This document shows positions 7,931 through 17,696 of a stretch of 62,480 nucleotides of DNA, one piece after another. Each line of letters opens with the position of its first letter. The first letter of the stretch is position 1. The position numbers and the translations under genes were made by a program. Where the stretch lies: positions 1 to 62,480 of IMG/VR virus record IMGVR_UViG_3300047276_000715. One strand, given 5' to 3'. Source of the DNA: a virus (lineage: Duplodnaviria > Caudoviricetes). A model generated the notes under the pieces. That model was not told where the DNA came from. It did not search any database and was given only the letters and a program-made list of their open reading frames with translations.

Positions 7931-8449
7931 CTACCCTTTTGATGGCATTACCGTTTCGTCGTTATTGTATCTTCCGGTTACTGCGTAGGACTTTTCAACA
8001 GTGCCGCTGACAAGGATAAATTTCATCTGCCCTATTCGCAGGCCCGGCCAAATTGGCAAGGAATGATAACGCCGAATGTTCTTGAGTTCCATGGTTAGTT
8101 TAGATTTATGCCAGCCTGGATCTCCGAAACCAGCCTCTGCGTGATCCCAGCCTTCGCGACCGCGAGATGACTTGAGTACAAACTGCGCAGCAATGTAGTC
8201 TGGCAGATTAAAGGTTTCTTGCGTTGCAGCAAGAAAAAACTCGCCAGGCGCTACCCAGTACGGATTGTCTTGCGTGTAATGGCCGATGTCAAGTGGCTGC
8301 AGTTCAGCGGTATGCTCAACTTCGACCATAATCAGGCCGCCAATAGTGACATCAATGCTGGTTGGGTTGAGATGTTCCTCGACGTATGGAACAACAAGAC
8401 TGTGCTGCCGGCACAACCTGCGGATTTCGTGATCAGGAACAAGCATCAA
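7931..8449 (-). CDS. dcd: dCTP deaminase
   Basis: LNPTSIDV, KSSRGREG...AGFGDPGW, LTMEL, GLRIGQ, Y..GRY. Confidence 0.92.
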   Translation of the reverse strand: MMLVPDHEIRRLCRQHSLVVPYVEEHLNPTSIDVTIGGLIMVEVEHTAELQPLDIGHYTQDNPYWVAPGEFFLAATQETFNLPDYIAAQFVLKSSRGREGWDHAEAGFGDPGWHKSKLTMELKNIRRYHSLPIWPGLRIGQMKFILVSGTVEKSYAVTGRYNNDETVMPSKG

Positions 8450-9537
8450 TAGTCCCAGCGTACTTTTGGTTTGCCCTGGCGGATTCCGAGATGTACGAAA
8501 CCCTTGGGCGCACCATATCCTACAGAATAAGGCCAGTTCTTGTCACACCAGTCCTGGACCTTGTTGATGTCAACGCCGTCGATGTAAAAATCGACAGCTC
8601 CAACACCAGGCGCGTTGTAGAGATGCTCCGAGCTACTCGCTCCGCCAACCGCTCGATTCACCGCCTGCGGCCTGTAACCGCTGGTGACGACAATCGCCCT
8701 GCCACCGAATGCCGTCCGCACCCGCTCCAGGAAGGCCGCCAGCTCAGCCGCCGTGTCCAACTGATACTGATGATCGAAGCGCCGCGCTTCTTGATCCAGA
8801 GCGAACTCGCCCAGTCTGATGTGAGCCGAGAGCCTGGCGGTAAACGGGCTGTCTGGAGTCAGCTTGGCGGGCTGCAGAACCGGCTCGGGAAGCCTTGTTG
8901 TCCCCATGGTCCAAAGCTGTCCCTCCGCCTCCCTCCGGCGCCGCAGGCCGGCCTCGACATTGGTGCCAGGGTTGCGATAGAGCAGCATGGCGGCGGGCAC
9001 CTCATCCCAGGCCCTGTCTCGCAGCTTGGCACTGATCGTCTCGAACCCGGAGGCGCCATAGAAGCCCTCTCCCAAGTTGTAAGCAAAACTTACAAGTGCA
9101 GATTGCTGAGTGGAACTCATTTCGCGCCAAAAAGGCACGGCGCTTGCAAGCTTTTTTGCAATGCGATCAACCTCAAGCCTGAGAAGCATGTCTGCTTCGA
9201 CTGGATTGATTTTGTCGCCCTTGCGAACCTGTCTGCCGTCCTGGTATCTAGTGGTTCCGTAGCCAATGGTCCATGGATCGCCGCCACTCGCCGGATCTGG
9301 ATAGGACTCTAGGCGACAACCTTCAAATTTCTTGATCAGATCAAGAGCAGGGCCAAGATCAATTTGCTTTCCAGATTGACTCCATGTCTTGAACCATGGC
9401 CGATCGCGACGCATCGCAAACTCGTATCCATTTTCACGAATATCTTGCTCCAGCTCAACAATTGCAGCAAGTTGATGAGGCAGGCCCTTGTAGTGCCTAA
9501 ATAGCTGCTCAAGGGTGATCGGCGCCGGGTTGCTCAT
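8446..9537 (-). CDS. Endolysin: GH24 lysozyme plus peptidase M15A domain
   Basis: IKKFEGCRLESYPDP...WTIGYG, SFAYNLG, GLRRRREAE; C-terminal TSGYR...N..VGGA..SEH...AVD...FVHL. Confidence 0.9.
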   Translation of the reverse strand: MSNPAPITLEQLFRHYKGLPHQLAAIVELEQDIRENGYEFAMRRDRPWFKTWSQSGKQIDLGPALDLIKKFEGCRLESYPDPASGGDPWTIGYGTTRYQDGRQVRKGDKINPVEADMLLRLEVDRIAKKLASAVPFWREMSSTQQSALVSFAYNLGEGFYGASGFETISAKLRDRAWDEVPAAMLLYRNPGTNVEAGLRRRREAEGQLWTMGTTRLPEPVLQPAKLTPDSPFTARLSAHIRLGEFALDQEARRFDHQYQLDTAAELAAFLERVRTAFGGRAIVVTSGYRPQAVNRAVGGASSSEHLYNAPGVGAVDFYIDGVDINKVQDWCDKNWPYSVGYGAPKGFVHLGIRQGKPKVRWDY

Positions 9538-9784
9538 CCGTTGACCATGGAGAATGGATTGACATTGCGCCACCCAACAGGCTGCTGTCACCTGGCTCTG
9601 GCGGGTGGTTGATGATCGTGGGCGGCGGCATCGCCGGCGGTTGTGTCGCGTGCCAGTCCGCCTCTTGCGCGTCAAGACGTGGCTTCAATGTGGCTTGAAA
9701 CTTCCAGTCCTGCGCAGCTTGCTGCAGGTGGTCCTTGTCACCGAAGCGCAAGAGCCACCGTGCATCTGGAACTGGGCTCAGCGC
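9509..9784 (-). CDS. Conserved hypothetical; probable -1 frameshift extension of the holin-like gene
   Basis: Frame is open back to the slippery site CCCAAAG; only a TTG start at 9751. Confidence 0.6.
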   Translation of the reverse strand, partial: ALSPVPDARWLLRFGDKDHLQQAAQDWKFQATLKPRLDAQEADWHATQPPAMPPPTIINHPPEPGDSSLLGGAMSIHSPWSTDEQPGADHP

Positions 9785-9924
9785 TTTGGGATGACCATGC
9801 CCAGCAGGCGGAGCACTACCTGAACAACAGAGTTTTGACGAATAGGCAAAAGACCAATGATGTCGCTAGCGGCACCGTAAGTAATACCAATAATTGCAAT
9901 GGTGGTTGCAGAGTCAAGAGCCAT
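9778..9924 (-). CDS. Holin-like small membrane protein (48 aa)
   Basis: MALDSATTIAIIGITYGAASDIIGLLPIRQNSVVQVVLRLLGMVIPKR; hydrophobic, upstream of endolysin. Confidence 0.65.
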   Translation of the reverse strand: MALDSATTIAIIGITYGAASDIIGLLPIRQNSVVQVVLRLLGMVIPKR

Positions 9925-10189
9925 GACGGTTCTCTGTGGTTGCCTCCAGCCTAGCGATGCGTTGTTCTGCGCCACCAAGGCGCCCAAAGATTTCGCGGCG
10001 ATCGTGGTGCATGTCTTCGCGGATGGCGGTAAGCTCGGCGGCGATGTGCTCAACACCGGCACTGAGTTTGACGATAGCCAGGCTGGCGGACTCGTCTTCC
10101 TTGCTGCGGCGTTCCACCCACTTTGAGGCATTGCCACCGATGCCGCCAAGAACTAGGCAGACCACGGCTACCACCAGACTTTCAATCAT
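9914..10189 (-). CDS. Membrane-anchored coiled-coil lysis-cassette protein
   Basis: N-terminal TM helix then heptad region ending EQRIARLE. Confidence 0.7.
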   Translation of the reverse strand: MIESLVVAVVCLVLGGIGGNASKWVERRSKEDESASLAIVKLSAGVEHIAAELTAIREDMHHDRREIFGRLGGAEQRIARLEATTENRHGS

Positions 10190-10217
10190 GGCGCGTTGCC
10201 GTGACTACTAAGGCAGC

Positions 10218-10292
10218 CTAGCGACCTTGCCCGCGCAGCTTCTTGCGTCCGTGGCTGGGCTTGGAGCGGGTGCCGTTGCCTTGACGGGTGTT
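10218..10292 (-). pseudogene. Displaced 3' end of the small basic gene at 10831-10968
   Basis: Encodes NTRQGNGTRSKPSHGRKKLRGQGR*, paralogous to TTRDGYGQNSCPRRRGKKPLRGQGR*. Confidence 0.7.
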
Positions 10293-10319
10293 AAGCTGAC
10301 CATGGTTTTGGCGTGTTTC

Positions 10320-10907
10320 ATGGCTACAACTCGCAGTATCAAGCCACTGCCCCCTCTGCGCGAATTGGAGAAATGGTTTGCTATTGATGGATCGGATCTT
10401 GTTTGGCGTACCAGTTATTTCAAAGAACTTATAGGTAAGCGCGCTGGATATATGCGACCCGATGGATATGTCGAGATTAGAAAGCAAAACAATAAAATGC
10501 TTGCACATAGAATTGCTTACTACATTGCCACCAGGGAAAATCCTGGTAATTACTTTATAGATCATATAGACGGAAATCCGTCTAACAACTGTCCCAGTAA
10601 TTTACGAATGGCTACCGCAACGGAAAATCTGCGGAACTGCAGAAGATTGCGTAGAAACAATACGTCTGGCCAATCAGGCGTAACGTACGCCGTAGTTGGA
10701 GGCATCGAATACTGGAAGGCTTACGTAGTTGTCAAGGGCAGGCAGCTTCATCTTGGATCATACGCAACCAAAGAAGCGGCGATTGCCGCTAGAGAAGTTG
10801 CTGAAAAATTCACTTACGGAAAATTTGCCCCTATCGCCCTTGACCCCGAAGAGGTTTTTTGCCTCTTCGCCGAGGACAAGAATTTTGACCGTAGCCATCC
10901 CGTGTAG
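10320..10907 (+). CDS. HNH homing endonuclease with AP2-like domain
   Basis: LAHRIAY, IDHIDGNPSNNCPSNLRMAT..EN, NTSGQSGV, WKAY...HLGSY. Confidence 0.92.
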   Translation: MATTRSIKPLPPLRELEKWFAIDGSDLVWRTSYFKELIGKRAGYMRPDGYVEIRKQNNKMLAHRIAYYIATRENPGNYFIDHIDGNPSNNCPSNLRMATATENLRNCRRLRRNNTSGQSGVTYAVVGGIEYWKAYVVVKGRQLHLGSYATKEAAIAAREVAEKFTYGKFAPIALDPEEVFCLFAEDKNFDRSHPV

Positions 10908-10968
10908 TTTTCGGTTTACCGGCTTGATGCTCAAGCTTAGCGGTGCCGGTTTTGGATCGTACAGCCAT
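10831..10968 (-). CDS. Small basic protein (45 aa)
   Basis: MAVRSKTGTAKLEHQAGKPKTTRDGYGQNSCPRRRGKKPLRGQGR; TGATG-coupled to the upstream gene. Confidence 0.7.
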   Translation of the reverse strand: MAVRSKTGTAKLEHQAGKPKTTRDGYGQNSCPRRRGKKPLRGQGR

Positions 10969-11312
10969 CAGTCTTGTGGAGGCATGGGGTAACGGGCGCG
11001 GATCTCAGCAACCTTGGCTTCCCATTCTTCAATGGTCGCTTCACCGCGTTGCGACTTGAAGTACAGCGGATCAGCTTCGACTTTGTAAGCGGCGAGGCGA
11101 TTGGCGCGTTGCTCTTCAGGCGTAGGTGGTACGGGTTCGGGATCAGGCGGTGCGATGAATTGACCATTGGCATAGGTCCAGCCGATACCGGCGGAAGTGC
11201 CTGCGGGGATCTTGACTAGACGTTGACCGCTAGGTGGTGTGTAGTCGGTTGGATCATCCAGCAGGATGACATTAACGACGAGGCCAGCGGTGTTGATTAG
11301 TGCGTAGGTCAT
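10968..11312 (-). CDS. Tail fibre assembly/chaperone-like protein
   Basis: YALI...VVNVI...AGIGWTY.NGQF.APP; EADPLYF...W..KVAEIRARYP; follows fibre gene. Confidence 0.7.
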   Translation of the reverse strand: MTYALINTAGLVVNVILLDDPTDYTPPSGQRLVKIPAGTSAGIGWTYANGQFIAPPDPEPVPPTPEEQRANRLAAYKVEADPLYFKSQRGEATIEEWEAKVAEIRARYPMPPQD

Positions 11313-11317
11313 GGGGG

Positions 11318-12187
11318 TTACCATTCGAGGATCAGCACTACGCCAGCGGTGCCTTGGCCAATGGCGGTGGAAGTAGCAGTGCCTCCGCGACCTCTGCCTG
11401 ACATCCAGAATGAGTTGCCAACGCGTCCGGCGCTTCCAGGACTTCCAGCTGATCCGTCAATGCTAAATAGGCTGTCCGTAGAGCCACCACCACTGCCACC
11501 ACTACTACTGGCGGAGCCCCCGCCGCCTGTAATGGTCAGGCCTGTTCCGCCTGGATCAAACGAACTAGTTCCGCCAGCAGCGCCACCTGTACTGCCACCA
11601 GCGCCAACTGTAACTGTTGCACTGGCTCCCATTTCGGTTGCCGAATAAAGCCTGATCGCAGTCCCTCCACCTCCACCAGTACCACCACTAGTACCGCCAC
11701 TAGTACCAGCAGCGCCACCACCAGTGGTAAACACCAAAAATGTGGTTTTATTTGCTGTTGGCGTATATGTGCCTGAGCTAGTAAATACCTGTACAGAAGC
11801 ACCTGATGCAACAATTCCCCAACTAGCCAGTGATCCGTCAGTGGTCAATGCCTTGCCGCTGTTGCCGGCCTGGCTGGGCAGAAGTGCGGCGAGGGCTGCT
11901 GTTGCTGTGGTCTGGCCGGTGCCGCCATTGGCGATAGCGGTGATGCCGCCCGTGCTGAATGTTGTGGCGTCAATGGTGCCAATAGTGATCCAGCCGGTGT
12001 TGGAGGCGTTGCGGACCTTCCATACGGCAGGGCTGCTGCTAATGTCGATCCACGGCTGGAACGCTACCGTGACGGCTGGGGGACTGGCGCCACTTGATTG
12101 GCTGAACAGTGCTGCGAGGTTGTCGTTGATGTCGGTACGGACAGCAGGGAACGCAGCGTTCTGCACCTGCTGATCAGCTTGTGACAT
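11318..12187 (-). CDS. Tail fibre protein with glycine-rich domain
   Basis: N-terminal AVRTDINDNLAAL anchor, NGGTG motif, Gly-rich C-terminus ending GVVLILEW. Confidence 0.8.
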   Translation of the reverse strand: MSQADQQVQNAAFPAVRTDINDNLAALFSQSSGASPPAVTVAFQPWIDISSSPAVWKVRNASNTGWITIGTIDATTFSTGGITAIANGGTGQTTATAALAALLPSQAGNSGKALTTDGSLASWGIVASGASVQVFTSSGTYTPTANKTTFLVFTTGGGAAGTSGGTSGGTGGGGGTAIRLYSATEMGASATVTVGAGGSTGGAAGGTSSFDPGGTGLTITGGGGSASSSGGSGGGSTDSLFSIDGSAGSPGSAGRVGNSFWMSGRGRGGTATSTAIGQGTAGVVLILEW

Positions 12188-15100
12188 CAGACCTCCCTCC
12201 CGTATCCTGTGACATTGTAAGTGTAGGGCTGGACGACGGGCTGCCCGGCTTGCGTGAACGCAGTGCTGAAGCCGCTGCGGCTTGATGCGGTGATCGCTAG
12301 AGAGTAGTCGCTTGGCATGGTTGACGCGGTGATGGTGATGGCGTTGAGGTCGTAGAAGGCGTGTTCAAAGGTGATGGTGCTATCAGTGGTTGGGATGGTG
12401 CTTGACGTAAAGCGGCGGAACAGTTCGGGGATGATGCGCAGCGCCTCGACTGCGCAATTCACCGAATCACTGTTCGATGTGAAGACAGCCTTGCATTGGA
12501 AGGCGCGACCTTGAACGGCAGCATTGATCAACTCCGTCCATGGACCCCATGATGGCGTACCAGATGGGTTGTCGTTGGTGGCGCGAATGTAGGTGACCAG
12601 GTTGATGGCGTCGATCGTTTCTCCATCAAAGAAGCCGGTGCGTGAATCAAACAAGCCGCCGGCATCGTCAAACAGGACGGATGTAGCGACAGCGCGAATC
12701 AGTGCGTAACGCCTGAACAGCACGTCATACACCGCACCCATGTCCAAGGTCTCGGCAAATGTGTATTCGGCGTACAGATCACCAACTGCATAGACCGGCT
12801 GCCAGTAGTCGGCTGCAACGTAAGGTGAGACGGTAGCCGAGGCGGCGTACAGCTCAGCAACGTAACCAGCTTCGACGTATTCGGCGCCACCTGCAATGAC
12901 CAGCGCCGTTTCAGTGTCGCTGTAAACGCAGTTGAGGCCCGTGCCGCTGAATGGTGAGGCCAGCGCCTCCTCTTGCCATTGCACACCACCGAAGTAGTAC
13001 GCATTGGCATAGTCCATTGCAACGTAAAGGTCAAGCTGCTTACGGGACTGGTAGTCGGGCAGGCTAACCTCAGCGGCGGTTGCGTTGACCGAGCGGTTGC
13101 CGAGGTAGTCCTGGAACTTGACGAAGTAGGTGCCGGGCAGCAGCGGCACCTGCTTTTGTGATGATGAACCGGCGACGGCTTCAACAATCTGCGTACTTGC
13201 AGCCCATTCAGCAGATGCAGCAGGACGTGGGTCATGGCGGATGATCACCTTGCCGCCCAGCCTCACGTCAAGCTCAGTGCTTGGCGTCCAGGTAAGCATG
13301 GCGACGCTTTCGCTAAGCGCCACGATTGACACGCTGCTTACATCAGCAGGTGCAGCGCCAAGACCCAGTATCGTATAGGTGGCTTCGGCTGGTTCGCTGT
13401 AAAGGATGTTGCTTGCGTTGATGCTTGAGACCTGAATTGAGTATGTGCCAGGTTTGGCGTCAAGGATGTCGAATGTAGTACCTTGAACGGTTACGGTTGT
13501 GAAGTTGTCATCTTCGTAGCGATACTTGACGCGGAAGTTCTTGATGCCTTGCGGTCCTTTCCATCCGAAGGTGACCTTGACCGCAATGCGTCCATTAAGT
13601 TCGTACTGCACCTCTTTTGTGGTACCGCCACCCTGCATGGGGATGTCAAGCACCGCAAGTTCAGTCGGTGTCGCAGGGATTGTGTTCAGCGTGGTGGTGC
13701 TGCGTGGTTGCAGCGGCACATTTTCTTCGACGTAGGCGTACTTGGCCGGATCATGCGTGATGGCGCTGATCGTATAGGCAAGATCGTCTTGCTCCTGAAT
13801 AGAAAGCACACGCCAGAGCGTTGGTTGTACGGCTGTGCGTTCCAGTAGCCAGACGCTATTTGGGTTCGGTGCCACGGTGAACGGCGCCTGTACGGTGATG
13901 ACAGCACCAGTGATGTCCGAGACGTACTGCTTCTCAACGGTGCCATCGGGCAGGATCACTGATAGCTGCGAGCTGCCGTCGTAGGTCAGATCGGTTGCGG
14001 CGGTGTCATCAACTGTGACGGTGGTTGTGGTTGCAGAGGCGATGCGACCGGCGAGGCGTGAGCCAGAACGCACCGGATCGGCAATGGCGATGATCTGCCC
14101 AGGCCGCAGCTGCTGCCCTGCATCGAGGCTGGCGGTGAAGCTGCACGCTTCGCCGTAACGCTCGGTGTAGAGCATCCACCGCCCGATGCGATTGGCTTGG
14201 CCGCGACTGGTGCAGGCGAAGGCGCTGACTTCAGTCTTGACGACGCCGTACTTGTCGATCGCCTCGATGTCCTCGACCACCTCGTAAGCGGTGTCGCGGA
14301 GGCCATCAACCCACTTACCGGCCACGTAGTCGTAGCGTCCCACGTCCAGATAGGACACGACGCAGACGTTAGGCCGCGTCTTGAGACTGCCGTTGGTATA
14401 GGAGAACCCTTCAGCAGAAACGTTGGCGGTAGTGAACAGGTAGGCCGGATCAGCTGGTGCATCTTGCGCGATCGTTAGCGAGCCAGCATCCCAGAACCCT
14501 TGGCAGCGAAACACCGACAGCAGATCATTGATCAGCTTGTAGGCATCTTCAGCGGTTTGGGTGTTGGTGTTGCAGGAGAAGCGTGGCTCATAGCCGCCAT
14601 AGCCATCGGGGACGCCGTGCTTGCCGGTGGCCGGGTGATAGTCATTTGTTGTACCGCCAGGGCGGGTGTCCTGTGCTGAGCTGTACCGCGATGCAGCGTA
14701 GAAGGCCCACTTGTCAAGCTGTGACGCTTGGATGTGATCACCGAAGCCGTAGCGGGTGCTGGTGAGCAGATCCCACAAACACCAGGCCGGATCGGCGCAC
14801 CATGTCGCAGCCGTGAAGGTGCCATCCCAGATACCGGAATAGATCAGCGCCCCGTTGATCGGGTCAACCGTGGCATTGGTTGGGATCTGAATCTTGATGC
14901 CTTTGATGAGGTAGCTGCGTTTCGGGATGCTGCCAAACTGTTCCGCGTCGATGCGGAAACCAATCAATGCACTATTTGGGTATGTGAGTTTGGCGAGGAT
15001 GATCTCGGTGTAGCTTGCCCAGTTAAACGCATCAGTCAGCAACGAATTGGTGCTGTCAGCCGTTACCCGCGTGACGCGGATGTCTACGTTATCTGTTGGA

Positions 15101-15669
15101 TTAGGGCGGTTGAGTCTGATCTCGTAGTCAATGCGGTATTCATCACCAGTGCGACCTGTGATGGTACCGGCAGCGCCGCTGATCACATTGGTATAGCCAC
15201 CGCCTGCATACTGGACGGCGATTGCAAGTTCAATTTTGGCGCCGCTGGTGTCGCCTGTGCTGGCGTTGATTACCTGCAATGATGGCACGGCAACCGTGAT
15301 CCGCACAGCGTCAACTTCATCGTTGGTGATTGTGCGAACAACGGGAACGTCCTTGACGACAGTAATGCCAACAGGGATTTCGTTTGATGGGTTGGCAGCA
15401 ATAGGGATGTAGGCTTGCGTTTGCGTGCCGGTGCGAACGTGAACCTCTACGTCCTTGAAGTTGTAGCTGCCGTCTAAGTTCTGAAGTGGTGTGTCATTGA
15501 GATAGATGGACTTCATGCCATCAACCAAGCCCTCAATTTCACCTTCAGAAATGAGGTCAATAACATTGGCGTACTGCCGTGAGTCAAGGCTGTCTTTGGC
15601 GGTGCTCGGTGTGCGTGAACTGCCGCCGCCATCCTTGCCACCAGCACCTGCAATGAATGGCTTGCTCAT
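12187..15669 (-). CDS. Tail tip / host-specificity protein (lambda gpJ-like)
   Basis: 1160 aa; DLISEGEIEGL, YPNSAL, WDGTF, DPAWCLWDLLT..RYG, EPRFSCN, ACTSRGQA.R.GRW. Confidence 0.95.
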   Translation of the reverse strand: MSKPFIAGAGGKDGGGSSRTPSTAKDSLDSRQYANVIDLISEGEIEGLVDGMKSIYLNDTPLQNLDGSYNFKDVEVHVRTGTQTQAYIPIAANPSNEIPVGITVVKDVPVVRTITNDEVDAVRITVAVPSLQVINASTGDTSGAKIELAIAVQYAGGGYTNVISGAAGTITGRTGDEYRIDYEIRLNRPNPTDNVDIRVTRVTADSTNSLLTDAFNWASYTEIILAKLTYPNSALIGFRIDAEQFGSIPKRSYLIKGIKIQIPTNATVDPINGALIYSGIWDGTFTAATWCADPAWCLWDLLTSTRYGFGDHIQASQLDKWAFYAASRYSSAQDTRPGGTTNDYHPATGKHGVPDGYGGYEPRFSCNTNTQTAEDAYKLINDLLSVFRCQGFWDAGSLTIAQDAPADPAYLFTTANVSAEGFSYTNGSLKTRPNVCVVSYLDVGRYDYVAGKWVDGLRDTAYEVVEDIEAIDKYGVVKTEVSAFACTSRGQANRIGRWMLYTERYGEACSFTASLDAGQQLRPGQIIAIADPVRSGSRLAGRIASATTTTVTVDDTAATDLTYDGSSQLSVILPDGTVEKQYVSDITGAVITVQAPFTVAPNPNSVWLLERTAVQPTLWRVLSIQEQDDLAYTISAITHDPAKYAYVEENVPLQPRSTTTLNTIPATPTELAVLDIPMQGGGTTKEVQYELNGRIAVKVTFGWKGPQGIKNFRVKYRYEDDNFTTVTVQGTTFDILDAKPGTYSIQVSSINASNILYSEPAEATYTILGLGAAPADVSSVSIVALSESVAMLTWTPSTELDVRLGGKVIIRHDPRPAASAEWAASTQIVEAVAGSSSQKQVPLLPGTYFVKFQDYLGNRSVNATAAEVSLPDYQSRKQLDLYVAMDYANAYYFGGVQWQEEALASPFSGTGLNCVYSDTETALVIAGGAEYVEAGYVAELYAASATVSPYVAADYWQPVYAVGDLYAEYTFAETLDMGAVYDVLFRRYALIRAVATSVLFDDAGGLFDSRTGFFDGETIDAINLVTYIRATNDNPSGTPSWGPWTELINAAVQGRAFQCKAVFTSNSDSVNCAVEALRIIPELFRRFTSSTIPTTDSTITFEHAFYDLNAITITASTMPSDYSLAITASSRSGFSTAFTQAGQPVVQPYTYNVTGYGREV

Positions 15670-16244
15670 GCCTTCACCTGCACGGTATCAACGCCAGCAC
15701 TAATCACAATGCTGCCCAGAAGCGTTTTGCCGTAGACCACAGGGACGGGAGTGCCCTGGCGTGAGGTTTGCTGGATGCCTGAGAAGTTGTAGGTCTTGCG
15801 TGGATCTTGATCGACTGCCTGCATCTTTGGTGTAGGTGTTAGCAGTTGAGCGACTCCGCCAAGGACCAATCCACCGCCAAGGCTGAGCAATGCTGCTCCG
15901 ACCGTGAGCTTGCTACCGAAGATGGCAGCTGCTTGAAGGCCAGAAATAAAGCTAAGGCCGATGAGCACTGCGCCAAGAATGATCCGGCCAACCGTTCCAG
16001 CCCCTGCAACCACCGGGGCAATGCTGATCTCCTGCTGCCCTGCTGGATCGTGCAGCTCGTCTTTGTCCAATGCGTAGGTGCCAACGCTTACCCGGTAGTG
16101 CTGATCAGCCATGTGCTGCTCCAGCTCAGGCCAATTGGCCAGCAGGAACCGCACCGCTTCGGCTGCGCTGCTTACATCAGCTTCAAGGACGCGATGGCCG
16201 ATGAACTTCGCCAGCTTGCCGTATAGCTTGATCCTACGCAGCAT
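15666..16244 (-). CDS. Tail assembly protein I (lambda gpI-like)
   Basis: [30 protein letters not shown]. Confidence 0.92.
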   Translation of the reverse strand: MLRRIKLYGKLAKFIGHRVLEADVSSAAEAVRFLLANWPELEQHMADQHYRVSVGTYALDKDELHDPAGQQEISIAPVVAGAGTVGRIILGAVLIGLSFISGLQAAAIFGSKLTVGAALLSLGGGLVLGGVAQLLTPTPKMQAVDQDPRKTYNFSGIQQTSRQGTPVPVVYGKTLLGSIVISAGVDTVQVKA

Positions 16245-16932
16245 GACGAAGCCTCCTACCAGTGCATTTTAGGAGCCAGCCGCCATAGAGGTCACGGCTG
16301 CTAAGGCGGCCTTGGATGTGATGCAGTACAAGCTGATCACCAATGTAGACCGCGCAATGGTTGAGGCCAGGCGAATGGATTGACATGAGCAGCAGGTCAC
16401 CGGGCTCCAACGGCTCATCATCGCGCAGCTCGCGGAAGCCGGTAGCAGCCCAGCAGCCATCAAACATCGGCGACTGGGTGAAGTCGTCAGGGTTGATCGG
16501 CCTATCCCAGTCGCGTAGGTTGATGCCGTTCTCGGCGTACCAATCACGCGCCAGGCTCCAGCAGTCGGTGACACCCCACACCCATTGCCGCCCGATCAAT
16601 GGCGCACGGTAACCGCACGGCTCGTAGGTGCCCCATTGGCAGGTCTTTGGGTTGACGATGTGCCACGGCAGGCCCGAAGCTTCGCAGGCCACCTTGTCGG
16701 CCTCGCTAGGCGTTGGTGGGGAGATCGGATGGCTGTGGACGATGGCGATGATCTCGCCCGCGTCTTCGGCCTTGGCATAATCCACCGGATCAAGCACAAA
16801 CCATTGCTCGTTGGTGCTTAGGTTGCGGCACGGCCAGTAGCGTTTGCGGCCTTTGATGATCACCAGCAGGCCGCACGCCTCACGCGGATCCTCGGCCTGA
16901 GCGTGCTGCAATGCCTTGTCGCGCCAGGTCAT
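16234..16932 (-). CDS. Tail assembly protein K (JAB/MPN plus NlpC/P60)
   Basis: [27 protein letters not shown]. Confidence 0.93.
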   Translation of the reverse strand: MTWRDKALQHAQAEDPREACGLLVIIKGRKRYWPCRNLSTNEQWFVLDPVDYAKAEDAGEIIAIVHSHPISPPTPSEADKVACEASGLPWHIVNPKTCQWGTYEPCGYRAPLIGRQWVWGVTDCWSLARDWYAENGINLRDWDRPINPDDFTQSPMFDGCWAATGFRELRDDEPLEPGDLLLMSIHSPGLNHCAVYIGDQLVLHHIQGRLSSRDLYGGWLLKCTGRRLRHAA

Positions 16933-17693
16933 GCGAAATAGGTGCCGATGCTTACGAAGCCGCCATAAGGCAATGGTTGGTTGACACCAAACCGTTTCTC
17001 GCAACCCTCTACGGTCTTGCTGCAAACGTCTTGGCTCAGGCTGCCGACTGGGTTGTTGTTGATGTTGAAGTAGTTGGTGCCGGCGTAGCTGCACTCAGCA
17101 GAGCGGTACTTCCATTGGCAACGTGTCACGCATTGCCGCTTTGGTGCTCTGACGCCTGCAAGGTCAAAGACACTGGCAAGTTCAAACTCGATGATGTCGC
17201 GGGTTTCAAGCGCGAGCCGGTCGATGAAGTAGACCTGACGGGGAAACTCGGCGTAAGGATCTGCTGTTGGGTTGACGCTACCGGGGAAGTTGACTGCATC
17301 GAGGTAACGCGCCAAGGTACGGATGCGCGTCACCTTGGCACCTTGCAGGCCCTCGGGCAGAGTGCTGATGAGTGTGCTGATGGTGCCGGCCAGGTTGCTA
17401 ATTGACAGCTTGGGACGCGGCAGTGTGCCTTTGCCGGTCAGCTCAAAGCCTTCGGCCTGGATGGGCAGCGCCTGATAGGCTTGCCCGTTCCAGGTGATGT
17501 CAGCAATCAGGCCGTTTACGCCGGCATGGAAGTAGTACGTTGTAGCGACGCCGTGTTGCGCAACGTTCAGCTCAAGCTGAAACAACTCGATGACAGCACC
17601 AGGCGCGATCTCCTGTAGTGCGCTGCTGAGTGTGGCTTCGCTATCGCTGGTGACGTAACCAGCGTCCCAATAGCCGGTTACGACATAGGCCAT
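16929..17693 (-). CDS. Minor tail protein L (lambda gpL-like)
   Basis: [38 protein letters not shown]...C..RF, FGG-like end. Confidence 0.93.
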   Translation of the reverse strand: MAYVVTGYWDAGYVTSDSEATLSSALQEIAPGAVIELFQLELNVAQHGVATTYYFHAGVNGLIADITWNGQAYQALPIQAEGFELTGKGTLPRPKLSISNLAGTISTLISTLPEGLQGAKVTRIRTLARYLDAVNFPGSVNPTADPYAEFPRQVYFIDRLALETRDIIEFELASVFDLAGVRAPKRQCVTRCQWKYRSAECSYAGTNYFNINNNPVGSLSQDVCSKTVEGCEKRFGVNQPLPYGGFVSIGTYFA

Positions 17694-17696
17694 GGA

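Noticed and set aside
8386-9312. 308-aa plus-strand ORF, and similar ones such as 28736-29608 and 14728-15282
   Set aside because: Antisense shadows of GC-rich, codon-biased genes (endolysin, capsid, gpJ); no motifs or RBS.
9538-9675. Extended N-termini in the ORF track (endolysin 9675, gpK 17094, sigma 6966, 25509, 46390)
   Set aside because: The extensions overlap upstream genes, promoters or terminators; downstream ATGs give coupled, motif-consistent starts.
11318-15669. Diversity-generating retroelement or invertible tail-fibre switch
   Set aside because: No reverse transcriptase, TR/VR pair, invertase or flanking inverted repeats seen.
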